DNA from: an uncultured Parachlamydiaceae bacterium
Lineage (GTDB): Bacteria > Chlamydiota > Chlamydiia > Chlamydiales > Parachlamydiaceae
Direction of reading: 5' to 3'
DNA: 64,000 nucleotides
Assembly (NCBI GenBank): GCA_963752155.1
Contig: CAVVXH010000011.1
Coordinates: 224,001-288,000 of the forward strand
Positions 1 through 11,148 of this stretch are shown here, piece by piece. The translations under genes and the position numbers were made by a program. The notes beneath the pieces were generated by a model, which ran no database searches, was not told where the DNA came from, and saw only the letters and a list, made by a program, of their open reading frames with translations. Positions within the stretch are counted from its first letter, which is position 1. The number at the start of each line of letters is the position of its first letter.

Positions 1-209
1 AGGCTATTGAAAAATATAGCACCTCTTCGGATAAGATTATCGGATTTGAAGATACTCCACGAGGACTTACAGCACTGATGGGCACTCGTGCTGAAGCCAT
101 TTTAATCTGCGATGTAAATTATCCTGAAATTCCTGAATTCCTCAAATTAGGAGCCCAACACTTTTCTTCATTTATAAATTTTTCCAAGAGCTCCAAGCAT
201 CGAAATTAA
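1..209 (+). CDS. HAD-superfamily hydrolase, C-terminal part (5' truncated by window)
   Basis: Frame from nt 3 is open to TAA 207-209 and reads AIEKYSTSSDKIIGFEDTPRGLTAL...; (I)GFEDxxxG matches HAD motif IV. Confidence 0.6.
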   Translation, partial: AIEKYSTSSDKIIGFEDTPRGLTALMGTRAEAILICDVNYPEIPEFLKLGAQHFSSFINFSKSSKHRN

Positions 210-280
210 TTCCCCCTTGACAGTTGATAAATTTTTTGTATGATCAAATTTTCTGGGTAAAGAATTATTTTGGAGATCCT

Positions 281-3200
281 ATGTCTATTAAGGTTTCGTT
301 GAATCATCAAACACATTATAAATTCGATCGAGAAATCTCACTTTCTCCACATATTATCCGCTTAAGGCCCGCATCACACACTCGCATTCCCATCGAAGCT
401 TATTCTTTAAATATTTCACCAAAAAACCATTTCATCAACTGGCAACAAGATCCATTCGGCAACCATATTGCCAGGATTGTCTTCAAAGAAAAAACCGATC
501 ATCTGTCTATAGAAGTTGATCTGATTGCTAATATGACGGTCATTAATCCCTTTGATTTTTTCATCGAAGAATCTGCCCGCTTATACCCTTTCAAGTATGA
601 TTCACAACTTTATGATGAATTACTCCCCTACTTCAAACTAAGTAAAGAAGGGCCCTTGTTTGATGAATGGTTAAAGTCAACATCGATGTCAGAGACCCAT
701 ACGATCGATTATCTTTCTTTACTCAATAAAAAAGTGAAGGAGGCAATCAATTATGTCATCCGTTTAGAACCGGGCGTACAGTCTCCTGAAGAAACTCTAC
801 AACTCAAACGCGGGGCTTGCCGTGACATGGCATGGCTTTTGTTGCAAACCCTTCGCTATAATGGAATTGCAGCGCGATTTGTTTCAGGATATCTTGTTCA
901 ATTGAAATCAAGCGGATACCTTTCAGAAGAATTGAATTCTCTACAAAATGATTTAACTGATCTACATGCATGGGTGGAAGTTTACCTGCCTGGTGCTGGA
1001 TGGGTAGGGCTCGATCCGACAGCTGGATTTTTTGCCAGCGAAGGACATGTTCCCCTTTGCTGCACTCCAGACCCTATAAGCGCTGCTCCAGTGGTGGGAA
1101 GTACAGATCCCTGCAAAGTCGATTTTAATTTTAAAATGTCAGTGGATAGATTAAATCCCGTGATGCCTATTACTCACGAAGACCCCTATTCACAAGAAAC
1201 ATGGAAAAAAATAGACGAACTTGGGATTCAAATTGATAAGGAATTCACAGAGGGTGGTATCAAATTAACAATGGGTGGAGAGCCCACCTTTGTGGCGATG
1301 GAGAATCAGGATGATCCTGAATGGTCCGTTTGTGCTCTGGGTGCGAATAAATCTTTAATTGCCAACCATCTTATTAAAAGATTAATGAAACGATCGACTC
1401 CAAAAGGACTTTTAATCCACGGTCAAGGTAAATGGTATGCAGGCGAAGAGCTTCCTCGTTGGACACTTGGATGCTATTGGCGCAAAGATGACGTTCCTCT
1501 CTGGAATGATCCATCGCTCTTTGCCGATTATCCCATAAAAGATCCTTTCGATATCGCCATGGCCGAACGTTTTATTCACAGTTTGGCTTCAACAATTCAA
1601 GTAGATCCTATCAATATCCTACCTGCTTACGAGGATGAGCATTGGCAGCACCTTTTAGAGAGTCCTGAAGCATTGACTTCAGCAGAACCTCAAAGAGATC
1701 CAATAGGATATGTGTTGCCCCTAAAAATAAAAGAAGACAACCAACCTTTTCAAAGCCCTCGATGGTCTTTTAAACGGAAATATCTCTTTCTAGAGAGAGG
1801 CACTTCTTCTTTAGGTTACAGGCTCCCACTAAAGCAAGTTACACTAACTCCTCGAGAACCTAAAGACTTCCCCACAGCTCTATGTGTAGAGCTTCGTGAA
1901 GGAATCATTTGTATATTCATTCCTCCTATCGAAAATTCAAAACATTATTATTCACTCATCTCCGCCATTGAGTCTACCGCAGGACTGCTCAAATGCCCAG
2001 TTCGAATAGAAGGATACCAACCGCCCCCTGATCCGAATATCATCAGCTATCAGATTACTCCCGATCCAGGAGTGATCGAAGTGAATGTTTATCCTGCCGA
2101 AAACTGGGAACAACTTAAAAAAATCATTTTTGAAGTGTTTGAAGAAGCTAAAAATGTTCGTTTAACAACGGAAAAGTATCTCATCGATGGACGCCGCATT
2201 GGTGCAGGAGGGGGCCATCATATTATCATCGGAGGTCCTACACCCGAGGAAAGTCCTATTTTACGTCGACCGGACCTCTTACAAAGCTTCCTCACATTCT
2301 GGCAGCACCACCCAAGCCTTTCTTATTTCTTTTCTGGCCTCTTTGTAGGTCCCACAAGTCAAGCTCCACGTATTGACGAAGCTCGTCATGAAACACTCTA
2401 TGAATTAGAAATCGCCTTTTCTCAGCTTCCAAAATCTGGCAAAGACTTTCCCCTTATCGATCGACTCTTCCGTCATTTGCTTGTCGATATGACCGGAAAC
2501 ACACATCGCACAGAAATATCCATTGATAAACTTTACGATCCTAAGACTCCTCACGGCCGGCAAGGGCTCATCGAATTCCGTAGTTTTGAAATGCAACCTC
2601 ACCCCCAAATGTCGATGCTACAACTTCTACTCGTGCGTGCACTGACGGCCTATTTTTGGAAACAACCTTATAAAAAGAGATTGGTCCGGTGGGGAACTGC
2701 TCTGCACGATAAAATGATGATGCCTCATTTTCTCTGGCAAGATTTAACAGATATCATCCATGAATTGGTCAATGCAGGTTATCCTTTTAATATCGAATGG
2801 TTCAAACCTTTCTTCGATTTTCGTTTTCCTATTTATGGAACTGCGCAAATTGATAACATACGACTTGAGCTCCGCATGGCTCTAGAGCCATGGAATGTTC
2901 TAGGAGAAGAAAACGTCACAACTCACACAGCACGTACAGTAGATAGTTCAACTGAACGTTTACAAATCACCGCTCATGGAATCACAAAAGGTCGACACCT
3001 TATCACCTGCAACCAAAGGGCACTCCCTTTACATCCTACTTCCACTAAAGGGGAATTCATCGCGGCTGTACGATTTAAAGCATGGAATCCTGGAGCCACT
3101 CTTCATCCAAATATCCCCTTGGATGTTCCTCTAGTATTTGACATCTACGACACATGGCTTAATCGTTCTATAGGAGGCTGTAAGTATCACTATACGCATC

Positions 3201-3367
3201 CTGGAGGGGTTAATTATACGAAACTTCCCCCCAATGCTAAAGATGCTGAATCCAGACGCATGGCACGCTTTGAGGTCTTTGGACATACACCTGGCATGCA
3301 CACTCTAAGCATTGAACCTCTCAATGAGGAATATCCTTTTACCTTAGATTTGCGCAGAAAAAATTAA
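281..3367 (+). CDS. Large transglutaminase-like protein (bacterial transglutaminase N-domain and core plus DUF2126-type amidoligase-like domain)
   Basis: MSIKVSLNHQTHYKFDR start after GGAG; GACRD and DLHAWVEVYLPGAGWVGLDPT core; TMGGEPTF, PDPGVIEVN, GPTSQAPRIDE, NTHRTE motifs. Confidence 0.88.
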   Translation: MSIKVSLNHQTHYKFDREISLSPHIIRLRPASHTRIPIEAYSLNISPKNHFINWQQDPFGNHIARIVFKEKTDHLSIEVDLIANMTVINPFDFFIEESARLYPFKYDSQLYDELLPYFKLSKEGPLFDEWLKSTSMSETHTIDYLSLLNKKVKEAINYVIRLEPGVQSPEETLQLKRGACRDMAWLLLQTLRYNGIAARFVSGYLVQLKSSGYLSEELNSLQNDLTDLHAWVEVYLPGAGWVGLDPTAGFFASEGHVPLCCTPDPISAAPVVGSTDPCKVDFNFKMSVDRLNPVMPITHEDPYSQETWKKIDELGIQIDKEFTEGGIKLTMGGEPTFVAMENQDDPEWSVCALGANKSLIANHLIKRLMKRSTPKGLLIHGQGKWYAGEELPRWTLGCYWRKDDVPLWNDPSLFADYPIKDPFDIAMAERFIHSLASTIQVDPINILPAYEDEHWQHLLESPEALTSAEPQRDPIGYVLPLKIKEDNQPFQSPRWSFKRKYLFLERGTSSLGYRLPLKQVTLTPREPKDFPTALCVELREGIICIFIPPIENSKHYYSLISAIESTAGLLKCPVRIEGYQPPPDPNIISYQITPDPGVIEVNVYPAENWEQLKKIIFEVFEEAKNVRLTTEKYLIDGRRIGAGGGHHIIIGGPTPEESPILRRPDLLQSFLTFWQHHPSLSYFFSGLFVGPTSQAPRIDEARHETLYELEIAFSQLPKSGKDFPLIDRLFRHLLVDMTGNTHRTEISIDKLYDPKTPHGRQGLIEFRSFEMQPHPQMSMLQLLLVRALTAYFWKQPYKKRLVRWGTALHDKMMMPHFLWQDLTDIIHELVNAGYPFNIEWFKPFFDFRFPIYGTAQIDNIRLELRMALEPWNVLGEENVTTHTARTVDSSTERLQITAHGITKGRHLITCNQRALPLHPTSTKGEFIAAVRFKAWNPGATLHPNIPLDVPLVFDIYDTWLNRSIGGCKYHYTHPGGVNYTKLPPNAKDAESRRMARFEVFGHTPGMHTLSIEPLNEEYPFTLDLRRKN

Positions 3368-3395
3368 TCAATTGTTATTACCGGAGGAAGTTCTA

Positions 3396-4960
3396 ATGAG
3401 CGAAATAACTGAAAATAACCAAGTCAATCAAACACCTCAGGAGTATGAGAACCTGCATAAGATCTCTCGCGATGCACAAGTCTTAAGTTCTATCTCTCAG
3501 TTGTTAGATTGGGATCACGAGACCTATATGCCGGCTGATGGGGTCAATGCCCGCAGTGAGCAGATGAAAGTGATCGCCGGAGTTATTCATAAGAGAACGT
3601 ACAGGTGATGAATTTGAGGAAGCTTTGCAAAAGCTGATCGATATCAAATCGGGCAACGTCTTAATTGAGGGCTTAAATGCGCCTCAACTAGGCAGCTTTA
3701 AAATTATGGCGTCGTGACTATATTAAAGAAGTCGCCCTTCCTTCAAGTTTTGTCGAAGAATTTGCAGAAGTCACTTCACAAGCTGTCTCTGTGTGGCGCA
3801 AAGTAAAAAAGGAAGAGTCTTATGAACAATTTGCTCCTTTCTTAGATAAGATCGTCTCCTTATGCCGAAAGAAAGCAGATTATCTTGGATACGAAGATCA
3901 TCCATATGATGCTCTCATAGACCTTTATGAACCTGAAATGACAACTAAACACATAGATCCCATCTTTTCTGAACTTGAAGCTTCTAATTCCTCTCTCCTT
4001 AAACAAATTTCAGCTGCTCCGCAAATTGATGACAGCGTTCTTTTTGGAGATTTCGATCATAAAAAGCAACTCGAATTTAGTTTAGTTTTACTAAATGCCA
4101 TGGGATACGTCCGTTCCAAAGGGCGTTTAGATATCTCATCACACCCTTTTTCATGTTCACTTCACCCCACAGACACTCGAATTACCACTCGCATCCACCC
4201 CACAGGGCTCATGAGCAATATCTACTCTGTACTACACGAAGGGGGCCATGCGATCTATGATATGGGGCTGCCAGCCGAACAATTCGGATCCCCTCTTGGA
4301 CAAGCTATTTCCTATGGGATGCATGAATCGCAATCGCGTTGGTGGGAAACTCGCATTGGCAAAAGTAAGGGGTTTTGGCAATATTACCTTCCAATTTTAA
4401 AGCAGTATTTCCCCGAAGCCCTGCATCAAATTGATCTAGATACATTTTATAGAGCCATTAATAAAGTGCAGCCCTCTTTGATTCGCGTAGAAGCAGATGA
4501 AGTAGGTTATCCTTTGCACATCATTTTAAGGTATCAACTTGAAAGAGATCTCATAGGAGGCAAGCTCTCTGTTCGGGATATTCCTGAAGCATGGAATGCT
4601 AAAATGACAGAGCTCATAGGACTCACTCCCACAAACAATAGTGAAGGTTGCCTTCAAGATATTCATTGGTCCTTAGGATCCTTTGGTTACTTCCCTAGCT
4701 ACTCATTGGGAAATATCTATGCAAGTCAACTATTCACTGCTTTTGAAAAAGCTTTCCCCTCTTGGGAAGCTGATCTTGCTAAAGGGGATTTAACTTTCAT
4801 CAGAAAATGGCTTAACGACAACGTGCATAGGTTTGGTCGACAATATTCAATTCCGGAGTTGATGCAAAAAGTGACTAACGAACCTCTTTCTGCAAAAGCC
4901 TATACCGACTACCTTAACACAAAATACGCTCAGATTTATGAATTAAACAAAAGCTCATGA
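3396..4960 (+). CDS. Carboxypeptidase Taq (M32 metallopeptidase), read through two +1 frameshifts near 3600 and 3690
   Basis: LLDWDHETYMP N-terminus; HEGGH zinc motif, HESQSRWWE, LIRVEADE, GCLQDIHWS..FGYFPSY; the intervening frame encodes TGDEFEEALQKL. Confidence 0.88.
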
Positions 4961-6417
4961 GCATTATGACAAAAAAGCCTCTTCGAGAGGCTATTGAGAC
5001 GAGTCAAAAAATAGATGAAATGGGAGAAGGGGAACCTTCTCAACTTCATCGAGTTCTAGGACCCTGGCAACTTATCTTATTTGGTATTGGAGCCATTGTC
5101 GGGGCAGGTCTTTTCTCTATTACCGGAATGGCTGCTGCTCAGCATGCCGGTCCGGCGATATTGATTTCATTTTTAATTGCTGCAATAGGCTGCGGATTCG
5201 CAGGATTATGCTATAGCGAACTTGCAAGCATGATTCCGATCGCTGGAAGTGCTTACACATATGCTTATATTGCTATCGGAGAACTCGTTGCATGGATGAT
5301 TGGATGGACACTTATTCTAGAGTACGCTATCGGAGCTTCCACAGTAGCCATTAGCTGGTCTGCGTATTTAGTTTCACTTTTGCATGATTTTGGAATTCAC
5401 TTGCCTGCTACGTGGACAGCTTCGCCTTGGCATTCCACACTCGTTCCTGATGGCTCTTCTGCAACTGGTTACATCAATTTGCCGGCCATTTTGATCATTA
5501 TCTTGACTTCCATTATTTTAATTTTAGGAATTAAAAAAGCTGCTTATGCGAATGCCTTTATCGTAAGCCTTAAAATAGGCATCGTCTTACTATTTATTGC
5601 GATTGGAATCCAATACATTCAACCTGAAAATTATGTCCCATTCATCCCTGAAAATACGGGGACCTTTGGTGAATTCGGTTGGAGTGGTATACTAAGGGCT
5701 TCAGGGATAATCTTTTTTGCCTATATCGGCTTTGATAGCATTTCTACAGCAGCCCAAGAAACAATCAATCCTCAAAAAAATTTACCGATCGGCATCATGA
5801 CTTCCCTTGCGATCTGCACAGTGCTCTATATTCTTTTTGCTTTTGTGATGGTAGGTCTTGTGAATTACAAAGAGCTCGATGTAGCTGCACCGGTGGCTTT
5901 GGCTATCGACAAGACTCCATATGTTTGGCTAAATATAGCAGTCAAATTAGCTGTGTTAGCGGGGTTTACGTCGGTCATGCTTATTTTACTCTTGGGTCAA
6001 TCACGCATTTTTTACGCCATGTCGTGTGATGGACTTCTTCCTCCAATTTTCTCTAAACTCCACTCACGTTGGCATACCCCCTGGATCTCAAACCTGATTC
6101 TAATGTGTTTTGTAGGTCTTTTCAGTGCGTTTGCTCCACTTTATCTTGTGGGAAATATGACGAGTATCGGAACTCTTCTAGCTTTTGCGTTGGTGTGTGG
6201 CGGAGTTTTAATCCTGCGATACACACATCCCGAGTACCCTAGAAGCTTTAAAGTGAGTTATGTCCCTACAATTCCTCTCTTAGGGATAGCAACTTGCCTA
6301 CTGATGATGTTTTCACTCAATCTGGAAACTTGGTTGAGACTTTTTATTTGGTTAGTCATAGGCTTACTTGTCTACTTTTTCTATGGTCGTCATCATGCTG
6401 ATCCTAGCTTTAAGTAG
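4957..6417 (+). CDS. Amino acid permease (APC family, cationic amino acid transporter-like)
   Basis: GIGAIVGAGLF, GSAYTYAY, FFAYIGFDSISTAAQE motifs; many hydrophobic segments; 4-bp overlap with the upstream peptidase. Confidence 0.92.
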   Translation: MSIMTKKPLREAIETSQKIDEMGEGEPSQLHRVLGPWQLILFGIGAIVGAGLFSITGMAAAQHAGPAILISFLIAAIGCGFAGLCYSELASMIPIAGSAYTYAYIAIGELVAWMIGWTLILEYAIGASTVAISWSAYLVSLLHDFGIHLPATWTASPWHSTLVPDGSSATGYINLPAILIIILTSIILILGIKKAAYANAFIVSLKIGIVLLFIAIGIQYIQPENYVPFIPENTGTFGEFGWSGILRASGIIFFAYIGFDSISTAAQETINPQKNLPIGIMTSLAICTVLYILFAFVMVGLVNYKELDVAAPVALAIDKTPYVWLNIAVKLAVLAGFTSVMLILLLGQSRIFYAMSCDGLLPPIFSKLHSRWHTPWISNLILMCFVGLFSAFAPLYLVGNMTSIGTLLAFALVCGGVLILRYTHPEYPRSFKVSYVPTIPLLGIATCLLMMFSLNLETWLRLFIWLVIGLLVYFFYGRHHADPSFK

Positions 6418-6766
6418 CAGGAAATCGTTTTGCTAATTCAAGATTACTATTTGTATCTATACTCATTTAACTATCCTTTTTTTAAATTTTAACTTTAAAT
6501 AAAATTAAAGAACATTTTATATACACTTTGTATTATCATATTTTTAGATTTAATTATCAACACATTAAGGCTAACAAAAAGACCCCACAAGTGAGGATCC
6601 ACCTGAAATTAAAGCCATTAAGAGTCTGGAATAAATCATTAAAAATGATAACATGAGTCTTTGTTATTTTCCATAGAGACAAGGTTTTTAAGACGTTAAA
6701 AAAAATTATTCATTGTCTGTTTTTGTCTAGCGACCTTAGGAAGATCAGAAAAAGATCAGAAAAAGC

Positions 6767-6795
6767 TTGACATGTATTTTATAATGAGGTATGAT
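6767..6795 (+). promoter_or_regulatory. Sigma70/sigma66-type promoter of the antitoxin gene
   Basis: TTGACA (6767-6772), 17-nt spacer, TATGAT (6790-6795); then GGAGG and ATG 6816; direct repeat AGATCAGAAAA x2 just upstream. Confidence 0.65.
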
Positions 6796-6815
6796 GCAAG
6801 TATAGTGGAGGAAGT

Positions 6816-7052
6816 ATGGTAGCATTAAATATAAAAGGTTTTCCCGAAGAACTCTATAAAGCTTTAGTTGATTTAGCTAAAAATGAACATCGCTCCCTGA
6901 CACAAGAAGTTATCTATCTCCTACGAATTGCTATAAATACAACAGAAAAGTCAAAACCATCCATTCTTAAGCTTCGAGGACTTGGAAAAAAAAGTTGGAA
7001 CGAAGTTGATCCAGAAAAACATATAGATTCAGAACGAGATTCATGGGATTAG
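6816..7052 (+). CDS. Ribbon-helix-helix (Arc/FitA-like) antitoxin
   Basis: LNIKGFPEELYKALVDLAKNEHRSLTQEVIYLL RHH pattern; C-terminal LRGLGK..W....H...ERDSWD typical of VapB-type antitoxins. Confidence 0.78.
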   Translation: MVALNIKGFPEELYKALVDLAKNEHRSLTQEVIYLLRIAINTTEKSKPSILKLRGLGKKSWNEVDPEKHIDSERDSWD

Positions 7053-7096
7053 TAAAAGATATTGGCCAAGGCCCAAGAATTAAGCAAGGTTACTAA
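7043..7096 (+). pseudogene. Stub of a VapC/PIN toxin gene
   Basis: ATG overlapping the antitoxin end gives MGLVKDIGQGPRIKQGY*, resembling the MGLxxDxGxGP N-terminus of PIN toxins; it stops before the catalytic DT motif. Confidence 0.5.
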
Positions 7097-8235
7097 TTTA
7101 TGATCTTTCGCAGAAATTTTTCACATTCATCAAGTTGCTCGAGCGAGACAAATTCGTTTGCTTTATGTGCTTCCATAATGCTTCCAGGACCGCAAACAAT
7201 TGTAGGAATACCCGCCTTTTGAAAGAAACCCGCTTCCGTAGCATAGGAGACTTTACTTATTTTATTGCCTTTTTTTGCGATTTGGATAAATCCTATCTCT
7301 TCAGAAATTTCAAAAGCAGGAACGCGAGCTATCGGTTCAATCACAACCGAAGCTTCGCTAAACTCCTTCTGCATCTCTGGAAGTAAGCTCTCCTTTACAT
7401 AGTCCTTTACCACTTGGCAAATCTGATCTGGATCGTCATCAGGCAAATTGCGAAACTCAAACAAAAATTCAAGAAAAGAGGGAATCGTATTCACAGCGAT
7501 TCCACCAGAAATCACTGTGCTAGTCAAGGTTGTAAAGGGGACATCGTATAGCTCGTCCTTAAGTCCTTTTTCTTTAAGCACTTCAGCAAAATCTCTTAAC
7601 CAACAAATCAATTTAGCCCCATGTTCAATGGCATTGCAACCTTTAGGAGTTAGTGAAGAATGAGCTGCATGGCCATGCACACGACATCTAAAACAATTAA
7701 TTCCTTTATGTGCGACGACCGGCATCATTCCTGTAGGCTCGCCCACAATACAAGCAGAAGGTTGGATGCCTTTTTGTTTAATATCTGCAATCATTAAAGG
7801 AGCTCCTAAACACCCAACCTCTTCATCATAAGAGAAGGCCAAATGCACTGGATGTTTGAGGGATGTGGCCTGAAACTCTGGGATCAAGGCTAATACGACT
7901 GCAAGAAAACCTTTCATATCGCAAGCCCCTCTACCATAGATGCGATTGTCCTTTTTTATTGCACAAAATGGGTCGCTATCCCATGCTTGGCCTAAAACAG
8001 GTACAACATCTGTGTGGCCAGAAAGAAGTAGACCTCCATTTAAAGAACCATCAGATGAGGGAAGAGAGGCAAATAGATTAGCTTTTGTTCCTGTTGGATC
8101 ATATGTAAGAGTGTAGGAAATACGAAAATGATCGAGCCAATTTCCAATGCACTCAATGAGAGGCAAATTGGTCTTGCTAGAAGTTGTATCATAAGCGATC
8201 AGTTTAGCAAGCCACGCTTCTTTATCCATAATCAT
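7093..8235 (-). CDS. argE: Acetylornithine deacetylase (M20A peptidase)
   Basis: LSGHTDVVP, GRGACDMKG, SYDEEVGC, VGEPT, AHSS, GPGSI..AHKANE. Confidence 0.9.
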   Translation of the reverse strand: MIMDKEAWLAKLIAYDTTSSKTNLPLIECIGNWLDHFRISYTLTYDPTGTKANLFASLPSSDGSLNGGLLLSGHTDVVPVLGQAWDSDPFCAIKKDNRIYGRGACDMKGFLAVVLALIPEFQATSLKHPVHLAFSYDEEVGCLGAPLMIADIKQKGIQPSACIVGEPTGMMPVVAHKGINCFRCRVHGHAAHSSLTPKGCNAIEHGAKLICWLRDFAEVLKEKGLKDELYDVPFTTLTSTVISGGIAVNTIPSFLEFLFEFRNLPDDDPDQICQVVKDYVKESLLPEMQKEFSEASVVIEPIARVPAFEISEEIGFIQIAKKGNKISKVSYATEAGFFQKAGIPTIVCGPGSIMEAHKANEFVSLEQLDECEKFLRKIIN

Positions 8236-8426
8236 TTCCTAATTTTCGAAAGTAGTCCGAATAGTCCCAAACCAATTCAGACTCTAATATTTTCCTTTTT
8301 AAGAATCAATGTAAATGGGTCATTTAAACAAAGGCACTCCCTTTTTCTGTTGACATAAAATTATCAAGGGCCTACAGCTTAGATTAAAGTGCCATAAGAT
8401 ATAAACGTTTAAAAGTAAAATCTACC

Positions 8427-8804
8427 ATGAATTATATCACAATATTTCTTCAATTAATTGTCGCATTTGGTTTGCTAAACGTTTGGGTCATTCGAAGCAC
8501 TCAAGAAACCCCTTATCGGGGATCCAATGCGAGTTCTTTAAAAAATGAATTCATCGCTTATGGTCTGCCTTTATGGGCTTTTTATGTTGTTGGATTCATT
8601 AAAATCAGCGCAGCTCTCCTACTTCTTTTAGGATTGTGGATACCTTTTTTAGTTTTTCCTGCAGCTCTTGTAGTTTCTATCTTGATGATCGGAGCCTTAT
8701 GCATGCACATAAAAGTCAAAGACCCTGTGAAGAAGTCTTTACCAGCTTTACTAATGCTATTTTTTAGCATCTGCATATGCTTTGGATCATTTTATCATAG
8801 CTAA
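8427..8804 (+). CDS. DoxX-like membrane protein
   Basis: 125 aa with 4 hydrophobic segments; EF..YGLP.W, MIGAL.MHIKVKDP..KSLPA. Confidence 0.75.
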   Translation: MNYITIFLQLIVAFGLLNVWVIRSTQETPYRGSNASSLKNEFIAYGLPLWAFYVVGFIKISAALLLLLGLWIPFLVFPAALVVSILMIGALCMHIKVKDPVKKSLPALLMLFFSICICFGSFYHS

Positions 8805-8813
8805 ACCCATCTT

Positions 8814-10266
8814 TCATCGTTTAACTTGTTCTCCAGCTAAAGCGTTTGCCATTTTCTGAAAAATAAAGAAATGAAAAGGGACAAGAGCATACCAATAGAG
8901 GCGTCCTAAAATACCTTTAGGTCGAAATGTCGCTGTTTGAACAAGAAACGACTCATGATTTTTTTGTTCAAACTTAAATTGAAGCCAAGCTTCGCCAGGA
9001 ACTTTCATTCCAGCAAAAAGAATCAGATGGCCATTTTCTTTATCAGCAAGGATCACTCTCCAAAAATCGATAGAATCGCCTACTTGGATTTCAAAAGGAT
9101 GCCGTCTTCCTCTATTCAAACCCACGCCTCCAATCATTTGATCAAATAAACCTCGCAAATGCCAAGCCCAATTCAAAGCATAATAACCAGTACTTCCACC
9201 AATGCGCCAAATCCGTTCGATAGCAGCTGCTTTAGAATCTTTGATCAAAATTCTTCTTTCATCTTTTAAACATCCTTCATCAGGAACTTGGATATAATTT
9301 TCAATATTTGGATTATTTCCACGAATTTCCCATGAATCCATCCAACTGGAAATAACCTCATTTTGTGAGATCTTTTGAAAGGCAAATTCAAGAGCTTCGT
9401 GTATAGGTCAAACAAAGATGGGGAATGATTTTTTGGATTTCATTCAATTGAACAACAGTGCTTGTTTTCATGCTTTCTACTAAGTAAGAACAAAGCGAAT
9501 AACGAACGGATGTAATAAAAACCAGCCAATAGCTGGATAAACGGGGAGTTAGAACCGGAACATTGATTATCCATCTTTTAAGATTTCGGAATTTTGCGTA
9601 TCTGAGCATCACCTCTTTAAATGTAATAGCTTCCGGGCCTCCAATATCAAAAGTTTTATTCATGCATTTTTGATTGAGAAGTACGCTAGAAAGATAAAAA
9701 AGGACATCCCGAATCGCAATGGGTTGACATAATGAGTTGACCCACTTAGGAGCGATCATTATAGGTAGCTTTTCGCATAAATCCCTAATGATTTCAAAAG
9801 ATGCACTTCCCGCCCCAATGATAATGCTTGCGCGCAAAACAGTGTAAGGAATACCACTCTGTTTTAATGCTTTTTCGACTAATAATCGGGACTTAAGGTG
9901 AGGGGATAACTTTTTTTCGTCATTAATAATCCCTCCTAAATAGATAATCTGCTTAATATGGGAGTTTTTTACACCTTTTAGAAACTGTTCGACTACTTCC
10001 ATTTCAGTATCCACTAAGTTGCCGACGATTTCCGACATGGAGTGGACAAGATAATAAGCAGCCTCAATATCTTCTGGAATCTCTTTTAAAGTTTCAGAAT
10101 TTCTTAAATCTCCCCAAATGTAGTGAAGATTTGGTCTATCTTCAGCAAAAACTTTGGCCCCTTTAATGCGGCACAAAGCATAAATTTGATGACCTTGATT
10201 TAAGAGATAAACGATCAGTCTTTTCCCTACAAATCCATTCGCTCCTGTAATCAAAATCTTTGTCAT
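8814..10266 (-). CDS. NAD(P)-binding SDR-like protein with C-terminal DUF2867 domain (YbjT-like), one +1 frameshift near 9400
   Basis: ITGANGFVG Rossmann motif; YYLVHSM, LRASIIIGAGSASFE; second ORF GDSIDFWRV...MKVPGEAWL...LYWYALVPFH; frames join via EALEFAFQKISQNEVISSW. Confidence 0.85.
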
Positions 10267-10466
10267 CGATCAATCCCCTATCTCTCTTCATTAACACGTA
10301 CTTGTAGAGGTATATTTTCTTTCATATTGAACCACGTAAAACTCATACAATATCATAACGCCAAAGCCATAAATATTCATTAAGAAATTGCGAAAATTGC
10401 TGGCTTTGTGAAAGTCTCCTTGCTATACATAAGACAACAGGTTACTTTTGTTCTGAAAACCCACAC

Positions 10467-10526
10467 TCAGACCACATGACCCCTATACGTGGCGTAAGGC
10501 CTACGTATAGGAGTCATGTGGTCTGA
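10467..10526. repeat. REP-like palindrome, family A (second copy about 26185-26232)
   Basis: tcagaccacatgacccctatacgt...acgtataggagtcatgtggtctga. Confidence 0.8.
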
Positions 10527-10543
10527 TACTGCTGAAGAAAAAA

Positions 10544-11044
10544 ATGGATAAATCTAAGCTTAAAGATAAAATTATTCATGAAGCCTATAAGCTTCTTTTT
10601 CTTGCTATTTACTTGTGTCTATTTTTGAGTTCACTCAGCATTTATCGCAACTTAATCTTAAATAAAGATCTCTTTAATTTTTTTCATATCGGGTACAATT
10701 TTGTTGAGGCTTTGCTACTTGCAAAGATCATTCTTCTAGGAGAAATGCTTCACCTAGGAAAAAAATATTCAGATAAACCTCTAATTATTCCAACTCTATA
10801 CAACGCCTTTATATTTACTATTTTTGTATTTCTTTTTAGCATTGCTGAGCACTTTGTTTTGGGAATCATTGAAAGGAAAGAAATGATTCTCATTTGGCAG
10901 GAACTTTACACGCATGCACTTTATCAGATCATGAGCAAACTGCTTATTACATTCATATTTTTTATTCTACTTTTCAGCTTTTTAGAGACCAGTCGAGTTA
11001 TCGGTGAGCAGAAGTTATTCAATCTTTTTTTTCGTAGAAAATAA
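10544..11044 (+). CDS. Hypothetical 4-TM membrane protein
   Basis: 166-aa ORF with four hydrophobic segments; ALLLAKIILLGE. Confidence 0.7.
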   Translation: MDKSKLKDKIIHEAYKLLFLAIYLCLFLSSLSIYRNLILNKDLFNFFHIGYNFVEALLLAKIILLGEMLHLGKKYSDKPLIIPTLYNAFIFTIFVFLFSIAEHFVLGIIERKEMILIWQELYTHALYQIMSKLLITFIFFILLFSFLETSRVIGEQKLFNLFFRRK

Positions 11045-11148
11045 GAAGTTCTTCATTAACACACACTTGTCGAGGCCTAGTTTCTTTCATATTTATTCTT
11101 CGTTTACTACCTCGGTCTCAACTCCCAGAATACCAGAATTAAAAGTTG

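Larger units (their letters stand above)
10285..11093. repeat. 44-bp imperfect direct repeat (10285-10328 and 11050-11093) flanking a membrane-protein gene
   Basis: tcttcattaacacgtacttgtagaggtatattttctttcatatt vs tcttcattaacacacacttgtcgaggcctagtttctttcatatt; 38/44 identical by manual alignment. Confidence 0.75.
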
